A DNA stretch of 64,000 nucleotides, from positions 181,350,001 to 181,414,000 of the forward strand of contig OZ024743.1 in the NCBI GenBank assembly GCA_964016885.1. The letters are read 5' to 3'. The notes below the pieces were generated by a model. That model was not told where the DNA came from, made no database searches, and was given only the letters and a program-made list of their open reading frames with translations. This document shows positions 25,395 to 38,944 of this stretch, in pieces. This stretch comes from Eledone cirrhosa. Its lineage: Eukaryota. The stretch's first letter is position 1, and every line of letters starts with the position of its first letter. Position numbers and translations under genes: made by a program.

Positions 25395-26091
25395 AAATGG
25401 GGAGAAGAATACTGCATGGTTGCACCAGTGATTTACCAACGGTCATAGGTATTTCATTGCATTAAAAATCATATACCTCACGTTGGCGCAATAATAACTA
25501 AAATAAGTTATTAGGACAATTAAAACGCGTAAAGCGAGTGAGGCAAGTAAACAACATAGAGGAAAGCTAACCGAAGATAGGAAAAGACACAAGCTACATA
25601 GTTATTCTATCAGTATAAGCTGGGTGAATATATGAGCGAGTAGAAAATAAACCTTTCGAGATGAATCCGATGTAAGAAAGAAGGAATCGTTAACGTCGCG
25701 AACGGGGGGGGGGGGAGTGAGAAGGGGAGAAACAGTGAGTGAGTGAGTGGAAGTGTGAGGAAGAGGTCAGTAGAGGGAAAGTGTTAACTGACATGACAGA
25801 GGGGACGAAAGAAAGTAAGAGAAACAGAGAGAACGAGGGAGCAGTAAGAGAGAGAGAGAGAGAAAAACAGAATCGCAGTTTAGGTAAATATATGTGAAAA
25901 AATGGGGAGAAGAATACTGCATGGTTGCACATGGAAAACATGTTATAAAATGAGTCCCTCATCAGTGATTTACCAACGGTCATAGGTATTTCATTGCATT
26001 AAAAATCATATACCTCACGTTGGCGCAATAATAACTAAAATAAGTTATTAGGACAATTAAAGCGCGTAAAGCGAGTGAGACAAGTAAACAA
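25390..26091 (-). mobile_element. Non-coding element with direct terminal repeats (pLTR/retrozyme-like)
   Basis: 25390-25553 and 25896-26091 are near identical except for a 32-bp indel; (TA)n on both flanks. Confidence 0.7.
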
Positions 26092-26258
26092 TATATATAT
26101 ATATATATATATGAGCATCCGGTTAACTTTGTGAATATTTTAAATTTAAACGTTGTAGTCCCAATGTACTTTAGCAGACTTTCTCAACACTTATTTATGG
26201 TGAGTGATCGGCTACTGGTATAGTCATTAATATTGGGACACCTACACACACACCCACC

Positions 26259-26303
<45 letters not shown>

Positions 26304-26316
26304 TTAAAGAGAGAGG

Positions 26317-26817
<501 letters not shown>

Positions 26818-26971
26818 TCACAAATGCAATTTAAAAGTTAGTCGATTTTCCCCAATAGGGGGAGACAGTTTATATGGGTAACACATACCCCCGAAAAAAT
26901 GTGAAGCCCTCATCTCCAGGAGTACGAAGAGTTTGTACTCCTTTCCTCTCCTCCTCCTCCCTTTCCTCAAC

Positions 26972-29900
26972 CTACAGGCTGATATAGAGAGAAGGCCCAT
27001 TCACTCGGGCCATTCTCGCCACATTCACCCACCTTTCATAAAACTTGCTGGGGTACAGCACCTCTCTCTCCATCCTGATTCTTCTTCCAAAGTGGTATTT
27101 GAAAAAAAGAATCAGTTGTTGGCCGGAGAGAAAGGTGTCTGACCTCAGCCCTTTCAACCTTGTCCACCATTCAACCTCTTTAGCTATCACACAAAGGAAA
27201 ACCGCCTCTCCTTCGTTTTTGAAAGAGGGTAGCGGTTTGATCATGACAATGGACTCGGTGGTCAACCGGATTGGTCCCACCCGCTACAATAGTCGTTCTA
27301 CATAGCCCCACAGGTCAGTGACGCCCGGGCAGTGTGTGAATGCGTGCGCGACAGTTTCTTCGTTACGCACGCACCTCGGACAGATCTTTTTTGAAGGGTC
27401 CCTGCCCGGGCGCCCGTGCCTGTAGAGCTTGTCTCGAACTGGTAGAGCTCCTCGGTAGCACTGCCAAGCCAGGGACTTTTGGAAATTGTCCATCGTTCCC
27501 GGGCAGATGGTCCTACCGAACAGACTGGCCAGTTCATCTTCCTCTACGCCTAGAGTTTCACCGAGCGCATCGTCGCACTTGCTGCGGATCAACCCTCTTT
27601 AGAATGACGAAGTGGAGTCTCCACTGATCGCCGGGTCCGTCTGCCAGAGGGCTTTGAGCGCCTGAGCACATTCGATGTGCCAGTCGCCCATTTTCCTCTT
27701 TGCTTGACCGACCCAGGACTGCAGCTCGGTCAGCGAGACGAGTCGTGGGAAGGCTCGCCTCACGAACGGAGCCCACACCGGTTGTCCGGTGAGGAATACG
27801 TAGAGATGCCGCAGCCTGAGCGCGTGTTTGCGCATCGTCAACCACGGCATCTCCAGCCCTCCGTTAGAAGGGTGTTGGCAGCAGATGGATCTTCTCACCA
27901 ATGGAGCCCACCTCTTCCAAAGGAATTGGAAGAGCGCGCGCTCCATTTTGGCAAGCGTTTTGGCTGGACAAGGCACGACGGTCAAGCGGTAGTAGATGGC
28001 GGACGCTATAAAAGTGTTCGCCACCTCCGCTCGACCTTTCAAGGATAGTTTGCACTCGGCCCACTTCTGGATGAGTGCAAACACCTGGGCCGTCACTTCG
28101 TTCCAGTTCTTCTCCACCTGGAGGTCCGGACCAAACCAGACCCCGAGCAGCTTTACCGGTCCTTCCGTCCAGCGTCCGACGACGCCATCGGAAGGCATCG
28201 GTTTGCCTCTCCACGATCCGAGTTGCAAACCGATGGACTTGTCCCGGTTCAGCTTCGCTCCTGTGAAACTTTCGTATTGCTTCAGTAAGGTGCCGACTTC
28301 CTCGATTTGCGAGGCGTTCGACACCATTACTGTCATGTCGTCGGCGTAGGCCGACGCCGCTTTCCGCAGTCCCGGTTCCACAGGGATGCCCTGCAATAGC
28401 TCCAACTTCCGCAGTAGTGGCTCGAGAGTCAGTACGTACAGAAGGGAGAAGAGAGGGCATCCCTGTCGAATGGATCGCGTAATATGGAACGGCTCCGAGA
28501 GGTAGCCGTTCACCTTGACCCTTGAGCAGATGTTGCTGTTGTGCATTGCAGCAATCCAGCCCCTGAACACGGGTCCGAAGCCTGCCGCCTCGAGCACCGC
28601 ATCCAGGTAACGATAGTCAACACTATCGAAAGCCTTAGACTGATCCAAGTTGATCAGGGCCCCACCGAAGCCGGGTTTACACCCTACCCTCTCTATGATG
28701 TATCGCATGAGGTGGAGGTTGTCGTGTATGGACCTGGTCGGGATTGCGCATGTCTGCGCTTCTCCCACCAGGTTCTCGACGACAAGCGGCAGCCTCTTTG
28801 CCAACACCTTGGCCAAAATCTGTAACTCTGTGTTTAGCAGAGTTATGGGCCGGAAGTTGCCTATGTCATCCCCCTTATTCTCGTCCTTCCTGATTAGTGT
28901 GACTACGCTCCCGGTTACAGAACTGGGAATTCTCCCGTTCTGTTGCCAGTTGCAGTAGACCGCTTCCAGGAGACCGGAGAATAAGTCCGGCATTTCTACA
29001 TAAAATTCGTAGGGTAGACCGTCGAGACCTGGAGATTTGCGTTTGCCGCATTGGCTCAGCGCGTCCCCTATCTCAGCGGCTGAAATCGGCTTTTCGCAGA
29101 ACTTTGCCTCGCTGTCCGAGAGTCGCGGTAGGCCGTCGAGGTATGGACCGAAATCCATAGCCCCTCCCGGCGCGCCGCCCCGCCCGAACAGTCGAGAAAA
29201 GTGCCGCTGAAAGGCCGCACACATCTGCTTCGGCTCACGTATAACGTGTCCGTTTTGGTCCTTCAAAACCGAATCGTGGACTTGTTTCCACTTTTTTCCT
29301 GCGTCACTCGGGCCCGGCTAACAGGTTTGGCTCCCTCGTTTCCCAGAACACGTATTTTGCTTCTGACAACGCAGCCCTCGTGCTTTGCGTCGAAGAACTG
29401 GTCCAAGGCCGATCTCGTTGCTAACACGCTGGCTACGTTGCCACTTCTAATTGCCTCTTCTACTTTATCTACCAGTTCTTTCTCGGTTCTATTTCTATCT
29501 AACGCTAATTCTTTACTAAAAACTAACGAGTCTAATCTAACTTCCCTCTTGAGAGAGTACCACCATCTGTTGTTGACAATGGCCCCTGTCAAGTGCTGTT
29601 TAATTAAAGTGCTAATCCCTCTACTGTAGGCTTTGCATGTCGGTAACGACAAGTTCAGCTTCCAGTTGCCGGGTCCTTGTCTATGGGCTCTATCAAGGTT
29701 GACCATGCAGGTCACTAGTTTGTGATCTGAATAGGCAACTATGAACATTTGTGGACAGCTTAACATGTCCCTATCCTTATTTCTAACTAGAACCCTATCT
29801 AGGTACTATCTAGATATTCCGCTAAGATTAGTCCACGTCTACAGTGGCACAATCGGAAAATCTAGTCGATATCTATCGGCTAGGTCAAATCGGCCGATTA

Positions 29901-30386
29901 ACTGTTTGAGGATGTTACACCCCCCTTTATCGGGACATGCTCCCACATAGTCCCAACGTGCATCTAGGATTCCATTCCAGTCCCCCACTAAAAGCAAGGA
30001 GCGGGAAAAGTCTCTAGACGTTTGAAGAAGTCTGGCCGCGGTGTCCCGGATGGGGCATATGCGGCCACCAGTCTGAAGGGTCCACCTTCACTACCGTCAA
30101 CGTCTAGGACCACCAGTCGACCCTCCGGGTCCAGATCTACCGTCTGTGTTACGAGGCCCAGGTGTTTCCGCAGCAAAACGGCAACCCCACCCCCCGGCTG
30201 ACAGAGAGATGCGTAGATCTCAAAGTCATCGAAGATGGAGGTCAGCTGTCGCTCGCTGTGGATCCTGGACTCGCAAATGGCTACTACATCCATACTGTGC
30301 GACCTGAGGTCGTTTAAGAATTTGCCCTGTTTCTAGGGCATCCCCAGGCCGCGTACATTCACACACCCAACTCTTATATTGGCCAT
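26972..30386 (-). pseudogene. Tx1 ORF2 (APE + RT), disrupted
   Basis: 555-aa open stretch with FRPITLLN, LDQSKAFD, RQGCP and YADD; APE motifs YAP and SDHK; early TGG>TAG stop and several frameshifts. Confidence 0.95.
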
Positions 30387-30423
30387 GTTGGTCCTGAAAA
30401 GTTAAAAGAGGAGAAGAAAACAC

Positions 30424-31277
30424 TCACCTCTTCGACTCCTGGGGATCAGGCCGCACGGTTTCCATGGGGTTGTTAGGGGAGTTGTCTGGGTGAGTGGTGG
30501 TTTCCGGCGGGGTGGGGACGGAGATGTTTGGTGGGGTGGTGGTGTCTGGGGTGAGGGCAGGGAAACTTTTTTAAAAGGGCGCGGTTAATGGGTTGAACAC
30601 AAGGATTACCCACGTCCTTAGGAAAGTTTTCCTTTAAAGACTTATAGGTGTCCGTGGTTACGCTAATCATCTTTAAATTAGGTTTGTCTACACAGGTCGA
30701 AAAAGTTTTCCCTTCGGTTTTCACCGAAGGGTCGTTGGAGATGACCTCCATTAAAGTTTTATTTTTACTGTTTATGTATGTGTAATGTTCTTGTTGTGTT
30801 GCGGTGGTTTTTGTCTGTTGTTCTTGTGGGAGCTTTCGTTTTGTTGTAGGTGTTTGTGTTTGGAGTGATGTCGTGGTTTTGTTTTTGGGACGGGGGTTTT
30901 TTGTTTGTAATGTTTGTGTTGTTTGTGTTGGTAGTTGTATGTTTGTAGTGATGTTTGTTGTTTTTTTGTTCTTGTGGTGTCTTTTCTTCTTTCTTTTCGA
31001 ACGGAGAGGCTCTCCCTCATCATCACTTGGTGATGATGTGGGGGCCTCGTCCGTTGTGGTGTCTGTGTTATTTGGAAGGGGTATGTTTTGAAGAGCTGTT
31101 GTGTTTGTGGGTGTTTTTGCAGTGGTTTTAGGTGGAGTGGGGTTGGGTGGGACTGTGCTTGCAGGTTGGTTTGTTGTTCTTGTTTTGGTTGTGTTTGCGT
31201 GTTGTTGTTGTTGTTGTGGTGGTGCTGGTGGTGGTGGTGTTGGTGTTTTGGGTGTTGGCAGTAGTGCCTCTTTTTTT
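30424..31277 (-). pseudogene. Tx1 ORF1 C-terminal part
   Basis: T/N/Q-rich tract, then ISNDPSVKTE...PINRALLKKFP and METVRPDPQESKR*, homologous to the end of copy 1 ORF1. Confidence 0.8.
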
Positions 31278-31290
31278 TAGATAGATAGAT

Positions 31291-31411
31291 TTCTTTATTT
31301 GCCACAGGGGCGCACAAGAAAAGGGGACAATACAAAGACACATGCCGGGGATTTTACATACAGTCGTGTAAAAATATTGAAACAAACAATTATAACAATC
31401 GAAATCCCCAA
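31291..31411 (-). mobile_element. Very short 3' end of a related Tx1 LINE inside (GATA)n
   Basis: TTCTTTATTTGCCACAGGGGCGCACAAGAAAAGGGGACAATACAAAG resembles the 3' ends of copies 1 and 2; GATA repeats on both sides. Confidence 0.8.
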
Positions 31412-31680
31412 TAGATAGATAGATAGATAGATAGTTAGATAGATAGACAGGGTAAGATCAGTAAGGCCTTTTAATAATTTGGCAACCCTGATCTGTGGTA
31501 ATCATTTCAATTCACTTATATAAATAGATATATAATATTGCTGAAATATTCATGGATATAAAAATATTCTTACATCCCGCACGCTCCAATAAAAATATAT
31601 GACGCCATGGGTCTTGCAACGGGGGTGAACTCGCACCAGTGTATCCGCACCCAGAGAGAGAGTGAGAGGTGGAGAGAGAA

Positions 31681-31795
<115 letters not shown>

Positions 31796-32087
31796 ATGAC
31801 ATCTGAGCCCCTTACATTCGACACCTGATATACAGTATAATGATGACACTGAAGTCGACAACAACGACGACGACGATGGTTAAGAGGAGGAGGAGGAGGA
31901 GGAGGAGGTATATGCTATCATTTTACTAGAGGCTTCAAATAAATATAAACTATTAAATGTCTTCATCCTATAGTTGGTTTTCTTTCTTTAACTTATTTTT
32001 ACTGTTTGACAAAATCGTTAGAATCGGGTGAATGCAACATATCCGAATGTTTAAGAAGTTTTATTCTGAATCATTAGGTCCCTATTG

Positions 32088-32625
32088 GTCTTCGCTTGAC
32101 CCACGACCGTAGCTCAGTCAAAGAGACGAGCTACAGAAAGACGTGTTTGACTAACGTTGACCACACATGTTCACCGTTTCGAAATATCTGCAAATGCCGT
32201 AATCTCAGCGCATATTTGCACCTTATCAGCCGCGGCATATCTAAACCTTTATGTATAGATCCGTCCTTCCAGCGTCCAACGATACTGTTAAACGGCGTGG
32301 ACTTGCCTCTCCAAGTACCAAGCTGCAAACCCACAGACTTATCCGGGTTGATTTTTGCTCTCGTCAACGTTTCATATTCCTCTAAGTTTTCCGAAGTGTT
32401 CGACACCATCACGGTGACTCATTCGCATATGTCGACACAGCTCCTCCAGGTCCCTGTTCGAGCAGGATGCCCTGCAACAGCTCCATGTTTCGCAGTAATG
32501 GCTCGATAGTCAGCACATACGAAACGAAAGGGAGAGAGCATCCTTGGCGGACCGAGCGCATGATCTGCAACTGGGCCGATAGGAGGTCATTTACTCTGAC
32601 TACCGAGGAGAATCCGTTATGTATA
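32088..32625 (-). pseudogene. Older, internally deleted Tx1 ORF2 fragment
   Basis: SVRQGCSL, YETLTRAKINPDKSVGLQLGTWRGK and YALRLRHLQ match copies 1 and 2. Confidence 0.85.
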
Positions 32626-34079
32626 GTGTTGTTTTTTCATGTTCATTTTATGTTGTAGTTCTTTTGATAGTTATGGCGGTATTTAATATTTTAATTGCGG
32701 GCAATTTATTTCATACTTTTCCCGAGTAGAATTGTTTTTGTTGTTGTTGCTGTTGCTGCTGTCATTGTTTTGTGACTTTGAGTCTCCAATCCTGTGGAGA
32801 ATCGGCTGTTCTGTCTTAAGAGCTACAGGTAGAGAAAACTAACCAGCTCACGAAGATACTGGTTAGTTTAACTATAAAACAATAACAAATGTTCAATATA
32901 AACCGTTGTATAACAATGGAAATAAAAGAATCTTATGTGAGCGATCTATAACACGTGTCGATAGACGAACAAAAAAATTGAATGGTTTCTAATTTAGGCT
33001 GGCCCTTTGAATATAGTCCATTCAACAGAATTCCAAACAGTTTACATCTACTCAATTTCTCTAACAAGGTTAGAGTCGACCCGAGTTTATTGTAAATGAC
33101 ACTGGCCAAGGATGTCACGCAATGGGATGGAAACCTTTACCTAATCCTTCCCAAGTACACTCCTTAACTGTTCGGTGATACTGCGTTCACGGTCAGTAAT
33201 ACATACTGAAATGATACAGACGATTAAAACTGGGTCAGTAAGTATGTTGAAACTATTCTATCAGCTATAGACAGATCATATTTATAATATAAAAGATATT
33301 GTCTGACGATGTGTTTCGCTTATGTTGCAACATTTTACCAAGAGAAAAACCAAAAATAAATATAACAAACATTCCACTATGTGGAACAACCCATCATTAA
33401 TTTTAGATATCACTGAACTCTTTAGTCGTATTGATTTCATGAGATACAATATTTAAACATACTGAAACCTTTATACGCTAAAATAAATATTTACCGACGT
33501 TGAATATTTCTCCGTTTACGTAAATATTTTTTTTAAAGAGCTTTCAATACTTAATATCCTATTTATAATCTGAAGACTATCTGGTTGAAATTTGAAGTAT
33601 TTTGTAAATGACGTCATATAGTTATTCAGAAGGTTATCTCCCCTTTTCGTGTATAATCTATCTTTTTTATTCTTTCTTTTGACGTCATCATATTACAACG
33701 GAGGTGGCCAGTAGATATAGAGTTAGTTTTATAAGAACATGACAAACCCCAAAATATAGAACGATACGAATAAATTCCCGCAGATATGACGCAAGCAATC
33801 CTAGCAGTTTGAATTCTAATATAACTGACAAACAAAACAAAAATGAACCATCGTCAATAACAAACCTCTTAGCAAATATTTATTCAGCTTTAATCTCAAC
33901 AAATATATTGACAGGCGAAATTTAATGAAAGATTTTCAAGATAATTTTATAATTTTCTATTAATGAACGTCATTAGTTTGTTTCGATTCTGTTTTAATCT
34001 TTTCTTCTTTTTTATGCCTTAAGATGACATCTATATAAGACAAGACAGTGACAGAGTGACTAAGCCTTTAAATTGGGGC

Positions 34080-34290
34080 TTCAAATGCTTGAAATAGCAA
34101 CCAGTTCTCCTTCCTCAAATAACACACCCTACCTCTTCAGAAAAGGATACATTGGATAATGTCGTCTTAGATGCAGTGTAGTAAGATATTGGTCTTAGAA
34201 ACAATAGAGTAAGATATTGGCAGCTTGGATGACTTTCATTACACATTTCCCCAATCAGAGCTGAACTGAGACTAAACTACAACAATAGCA
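34080..34290 (+). repeat. Dispersed repeat (SINE-like 3' part ending CTAAACAACAAC)
   Basis: GAAATAGCARCC...ACATTRRATAATGT...CTAAACWAC shared with 37560-37730 and partly with 55610-55735. Confidence 0.55.
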
Positions 34291-34309
34291 ACTCTTATAA
34301 GAAGACGTA

Positions 34310-34530
34310 ATATGGTTTCTGATTTATACACAGGGCCAACAATTGGGGGTGGAAGAAAGTCGATTATATCGACCCCATTACATTACTGGTGCTTTATTTT
34401 ATCGACCTCGTAAGGATGAAAGGCAAAAGTAACCTCGGCGGGATTTGAACTCAGAACGTAAAGGGACGTAACTCTATGCCTCGATGCATGTTTGTTTCCA
34501 GGCGCTCTACCGATACTGCCAATCCACCAC
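34310..34530 (-). mobile_element. SINE family A, full length
   Basis: Reverse-complement head and core; ACTCTTATAAGA at 34291-34302 and 34529-34540. Confidence 0.88.
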
Positions 34531-34659
34531 TCTTATAAGACATAACATGACTGAGAAGTCCACGTAGAGGATAAAACAAACAGCTTTGATCTAACCGGAC
34601 GTGGTCTCTCTCTGCCTGTTTTTTTTATAAATATATTTTTTTTTTTTTCATTTGGCAGA

Positions 34660-34927
34660 TGAGGACAAAACCAACCGGTAGAGGACCCAGGGGTGGCCCC
34701 GGAGTAAGATGGTTGGTTAATGTTTGGGGATCCAACCATATCAGTGGGAGACGATTGCTTTGACAGGACCCACTGGAAGGACTGTTTGAGATCTTTACCC
34801 CCACGACACTCAGGAATAAGTGAGCAAAGAAGAAGAAGAAGAAGAAGAAGAAGAAGAAGAAGAAGAAGAAGAAGAAGAAGAAGAAGAAGAAGAAGAAGAA
34901 GAAGAAGAAGAAGAAGAAGAAGAAGAA
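34660..34927 (+). mobile_element. RTE-clade LINE 3' end with (GAA)n tail
   Basis: AAAACCAACCGGTAGAGGACCCAGGGG...GGACCCACTGGAAGG...GGAATAAGTG then a GAA run. Confidence 0.8.
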
Positions 34928-35139
34928 TAGCACAAAAGCTGCTGCTGTTGTTGTTGTTGTTTAGCCTCAGGTGGCCGGGATACATATGAGCAAGGGCTTA
35001 ATACCCATAAAGTCTTTACTTCTCTGAAACATGGAATGGAACCCCTCAGTTTCGACAGTGAGTGTTCCAGTTATCCCATCAACGGAACGCCCTGCTCGTG
35101 AAATTAACGTGCAAAAGGCATTCGTAAATTATCCGACAC

Positions 35140-35205
35140 TAGATAAGAGCGACGTTGTCTTCTCCCTTTTCTGTCATACACACACACACACACACACACT
35201 CTCTC

Positions 35206-35262
<57 letters not shown>

Positions 35263-35528
35263 AAATGACGTTCCTTTTCTCTCTCTATCTATATACATCT
35301 CTTTCGCTTGGCGCTCCCTCTCTCCATATGTAGATGAGGGCGGCGTCGTAACTTTCTGTCTATCTACCTCTTTCTGTCACCTCGAAAAGAAAACACACGT
35401 CGTTCCCTTTTCTCTCTCCATTTCTGTACATATCTCACGTTCGGCACTCCCCCTCTCCATATAAAGTGAGCGCGACAGACGGAGGGGTGGACGGACGGAC
35501 AGACAACGTTCTTATATTATAATATAGA
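35140..35528 (-). mobile_element. Helitron-like non-autonomous element, 5' part
   Basis: Minus strand begins A|TCTATATTATAA followed by GTCT/GTCC repeats; internal ~65-bp direct repeat (35268-35333 and 35400-35465). No 3' end seen. Confidence 0.4.
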
Positions 35529-35730
35529 TTGAACTATACCATCCCAAAGAATCTATTTAAAGATTAATAAACTGAACCATAAAGAGTTAAATATTAATTA
35601 ATAAATATATATGTATACATCAGCACTGAACACTATGGAACCAAACACCCAATGTCACTGCATCCATCTCTCCCGCTCTCCCCATCTTCACGTCGAACGA
35701 AAGACTACTAAAACAGAGAGAGAGTGAGAG

Positions 35731-35884
<154 letters not shown>

Positions 35885-36199
35885 TGAGTGAGTGAGTGAG
35901 TGAGAGAGAGAGAGAGAGAGAGAGGCGTTATGACTTGACAGCCTGACATAGGTCATATCGAAATATGAATGACTAAGTGAATTAATGAATGAAACAATAT
36001 ATAACTGAATGGCTAAATGAATGAATGAACAACATTGTATGACTATTGTTCTCAACTTCAACCTTTTAACATTAAGATATGTTTATCTTATCTATTGTTT
36101 ATGTTTGCTTATTTCTTTTGTCACGGCCAGAGGAAGACATTGCATTTATTATACTGGTTAATTTATATTCGTTCTTTACCGCTATATAGATATAGATGT

Positions 36200-36497
36200 T
36201 GCTCCGTCGGTTATGACGACGAGCGTTCTAGTTGATACGATCAACGGAACAGCCTGCTCTTGAAATTAACATGCAAGTGACTGAGCATTCCACAGACACG
36301 CGTACCCTTAATGTAGTTCTCAGTGAGATTCGGCGTGACACAGAATGTGACAAGTCCGGTCCTTCGAAGTATCAGCTCAGTGGACTCGACCAACATTAAA
36401 TAAAGTGTCTTGCTCAAGGACACAACGCGCCACCGGGAATCAAATTCACGACGTTACGATTGTAAGACAAATACCCTAACCGAAAAGCCACGCGCCT
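36200..36497 (-). mobile_element. SINE family B (tRNA head, CORE-like GTGTCCTTGAGCAAGACAC)
   Basis: Minus strand AGGCGCGTGGCTTTTCGGTTAGGG...TTGATTCCCGG; further copies at 41534-41837(-), 47335-47575(+) and 53360-53655(+), partials at 8525-8720, 35050-35120, 38735-38830, 52605-52716 and 55795-55935. Confidence 0.85.
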
Positions 36498-36539
36498 TCA
36501 CTAGATATAGATGTGTGTTTATGTCTGTGTATGTGTGCG

Positions 36540-36662
<123 letters not shown>

Positions 36663-36738
36663 GTGTGTGCGTGTGCATGTGTGTGTGTACATTCCACAGA
36701 CTAACACTAGGTCAGAGTGAGAGACAATTAACGTGAAG

Positions 36739-36982
36739 GAGTATGAGAAGTAGAGTTGGCTCCCCGTAGGCGAGAGCCTCGCTAGGAACTGGAATGGCTC
36801 TTCCAGCGCGTCTCCCTCAACATCCTCCGGAGAAACGTCTTCTCTATTCTGTCCGCCGGGGCCGCGGGGAAACCAACGTGTGGGCCCCCATCTGCTCATA
36901 ATAGTGGTGAGAGATGGGGAGAGCCGAAGAGGTGGAGGCAGTGACATTGGGAGTTTGGTTCCTTTGTGTTCGGACCTGGTGT
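36739..36982 (-). mobile_element. GC-rich non-coding dispersed repeat (possibly an RTE 5'UTR derivative)
   Basis: Aligns by eye with 40346-40670(+), 37787-38190(+, interrupted) and 35625-35690(+). Confidence 0.7.
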
Positions 36983-37843
36983 GATACGTATATGTTTCAC
37001 AGATACACACTCTCACTGAGGCAGTGTAGTTTTAACAGATAATATATATAGAGAGAAACAGTAGCTAGCTTATAAAAGAAATAAAGAACGTGACTGAAAT
37101 TTATATTAAAATGCACAGTGATATAATATAACCATATAACTGAAGGAGTTGGCGAAATCATCCTGTTCTTTATTACTTTTATATTTGACTTACAATTTGT
37201 TTGTTTGAAACGACTGACATCTTTCGCTTGTTGTCGTTGCTTCATATTCTAAAAGCAAAAATATTATTTATAACCGAGTAAAGTTTAGCTACATTTACAG
37301 GAAAATTTAACAAAAGACAAATGCCATTGCATTGAGTGAATTCTAAAGATCAAGTTTTCAGCTATGTGGAAGTGCTAATACATTATTTATATACATTAAC
37401 AAGTATTCGTTCATCCAAAGTACTGTTCTAAAATGTTCAGCAACCAAAATAAGTACAAAGGAACAACTGTCGTGCTTCGATGATTAACACCTGTGTTGTT
37501 TCTGCTCTGGTTAACACCAGACCTACTCTCGTGGTGAAGGAAATGATGAAGAAGACTCTACATGCTCGCTCAACCTGCTAGAAATATCAGCCAAATCTCC
37601 TGCAAACTACAAGGACAGAACACATTAAATAATGTAGCCCTATATCTCCTTAAAAAGTCAGAACAGTCAAGACTATAATACCTTTTATGTGAGGCTCAAT
37701 TAGGTATAGAAAGGTTCTAAACAACAACAATAACTGGAATACAAGTAAATCTATTCCATATGCTAACACCGTAAATGAAACTTAAAGGTCAGCCCGCCTC
37801 ATGGTCCGGGCTGACAGGATGGAGAAGACATTATCCCGAAGGA

Positions 37844-38116
37844 CAGGGATGGATTTAATGGGCGTCAAAAGGGCAATTGCGATGGCCATAGCAATTTATT
37901 TGTGCCCTCAGCTGGGCTTTTTAGTTTTAGGATGGTTAGAATTTTTTAATTTAATATCTGTATGTATAACTTTTCAATACCAATTAGTTGTACCAAGCTA
38001 ACTTTGATATGTAAAATTGGGAGAGGGAGGTCGCTGTGTATTCTAATTGTTTGTGTATGTGCCCCCATCCCCAAACCTGAAGTGCTCCGGATCCCCAAGG
38101 TCAAAATCCAACCCTG
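37844..38116. mobile_element. hAT-like MITE
   Basis: TIRs CAGGGATGGATTT / AAATCCAACCCTG; second copy inverted at ~49586-49866; interrupts the GC-rich repeat; the 8-bp TSD is only partly matched. Confidence 0.7.
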
Positions 38117-38407
38117 CCGGGAAACGGTGAGTAAGACGTGCTGAAATCCGCCTCGCGAATCTTGAACTTGCTGCTAGCCAACTCCAGACAGAATGCAACG
38201 TACTCACACAAATACACATCAGCCGTGACAATAAATCACTTTAACTAAGTGGAATGGCATGTAGTCATTTCACCAACTACCTACATGCTATAGTTCTTCT
38301 GCTTGAACTGAGGTGACCCAGGCTATACACTAGCAGCTAAAATGTATATATTTCCAGTATTGACACCAGCTCTTAAATTTTAGAGGGAGTATAAAGGTAT
38401 AGTAGAG

Positions 38408-38612
38408 TCTCATGGCCTAGAGGTAAGGGTGTTGGACTGACAATCATAACTGACAATCGGCTGAAAATGAGTACCAGTAGTAACTGAGGATTTAATTTTG
38501 CGATGGACCGGCGTCCTATCCAGGGATGGGGATCTTGAACTCAGTCGCTTCACACCACGGAAACCGAGATAAGCACCAGTCTGATGAGACTCCAGGCTAG
38601 AGACAAACTTTA
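38408..38612 (+). mobile_element. tRNA-headed SINE with V-domain-like centre
   Basis: TGGCCTAGAGGTAAGG head; TGCGATGGACCGGCGTCCTATCCAGGG; second copy reversed at 58070-58320. Confidence 0.65.
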
Positions 38613-38944
38613 GACAACTGAACCAGCAAGTGTTATTAATATCTTATTAGTGGGAGACAGGGTGTTGCACCAGTGACTGGACACAATAGTCAATCACTCT
38701 ATCAATCTGTCCAGGTTCAAACTGGAATGGACCTCGGTCGGTTTCGTCGATGAATGTTCCAGTTGCTCGATAAATGGAACTGCCTATCCCTAAATTGACG
38801 CGTAAGTGACTGGGCATTCCACAGACACAAGCTCTTAAATTACATTAATGGTTTAACTGAGATGGAAATATATTCAACAAGAACTTATATCGTGGTTCGA
38901 TGCCCTCATACAGTAGAATTATTCGCATTATTTTACGACAGGTA

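Noticed and set aside
38548-38600. GAAAC...CTGATGAG as a permuted hammerhead
   Set aside because: Part of the V-like SINE body; the second copy reads CTAATGAG and I cannot form stem II.
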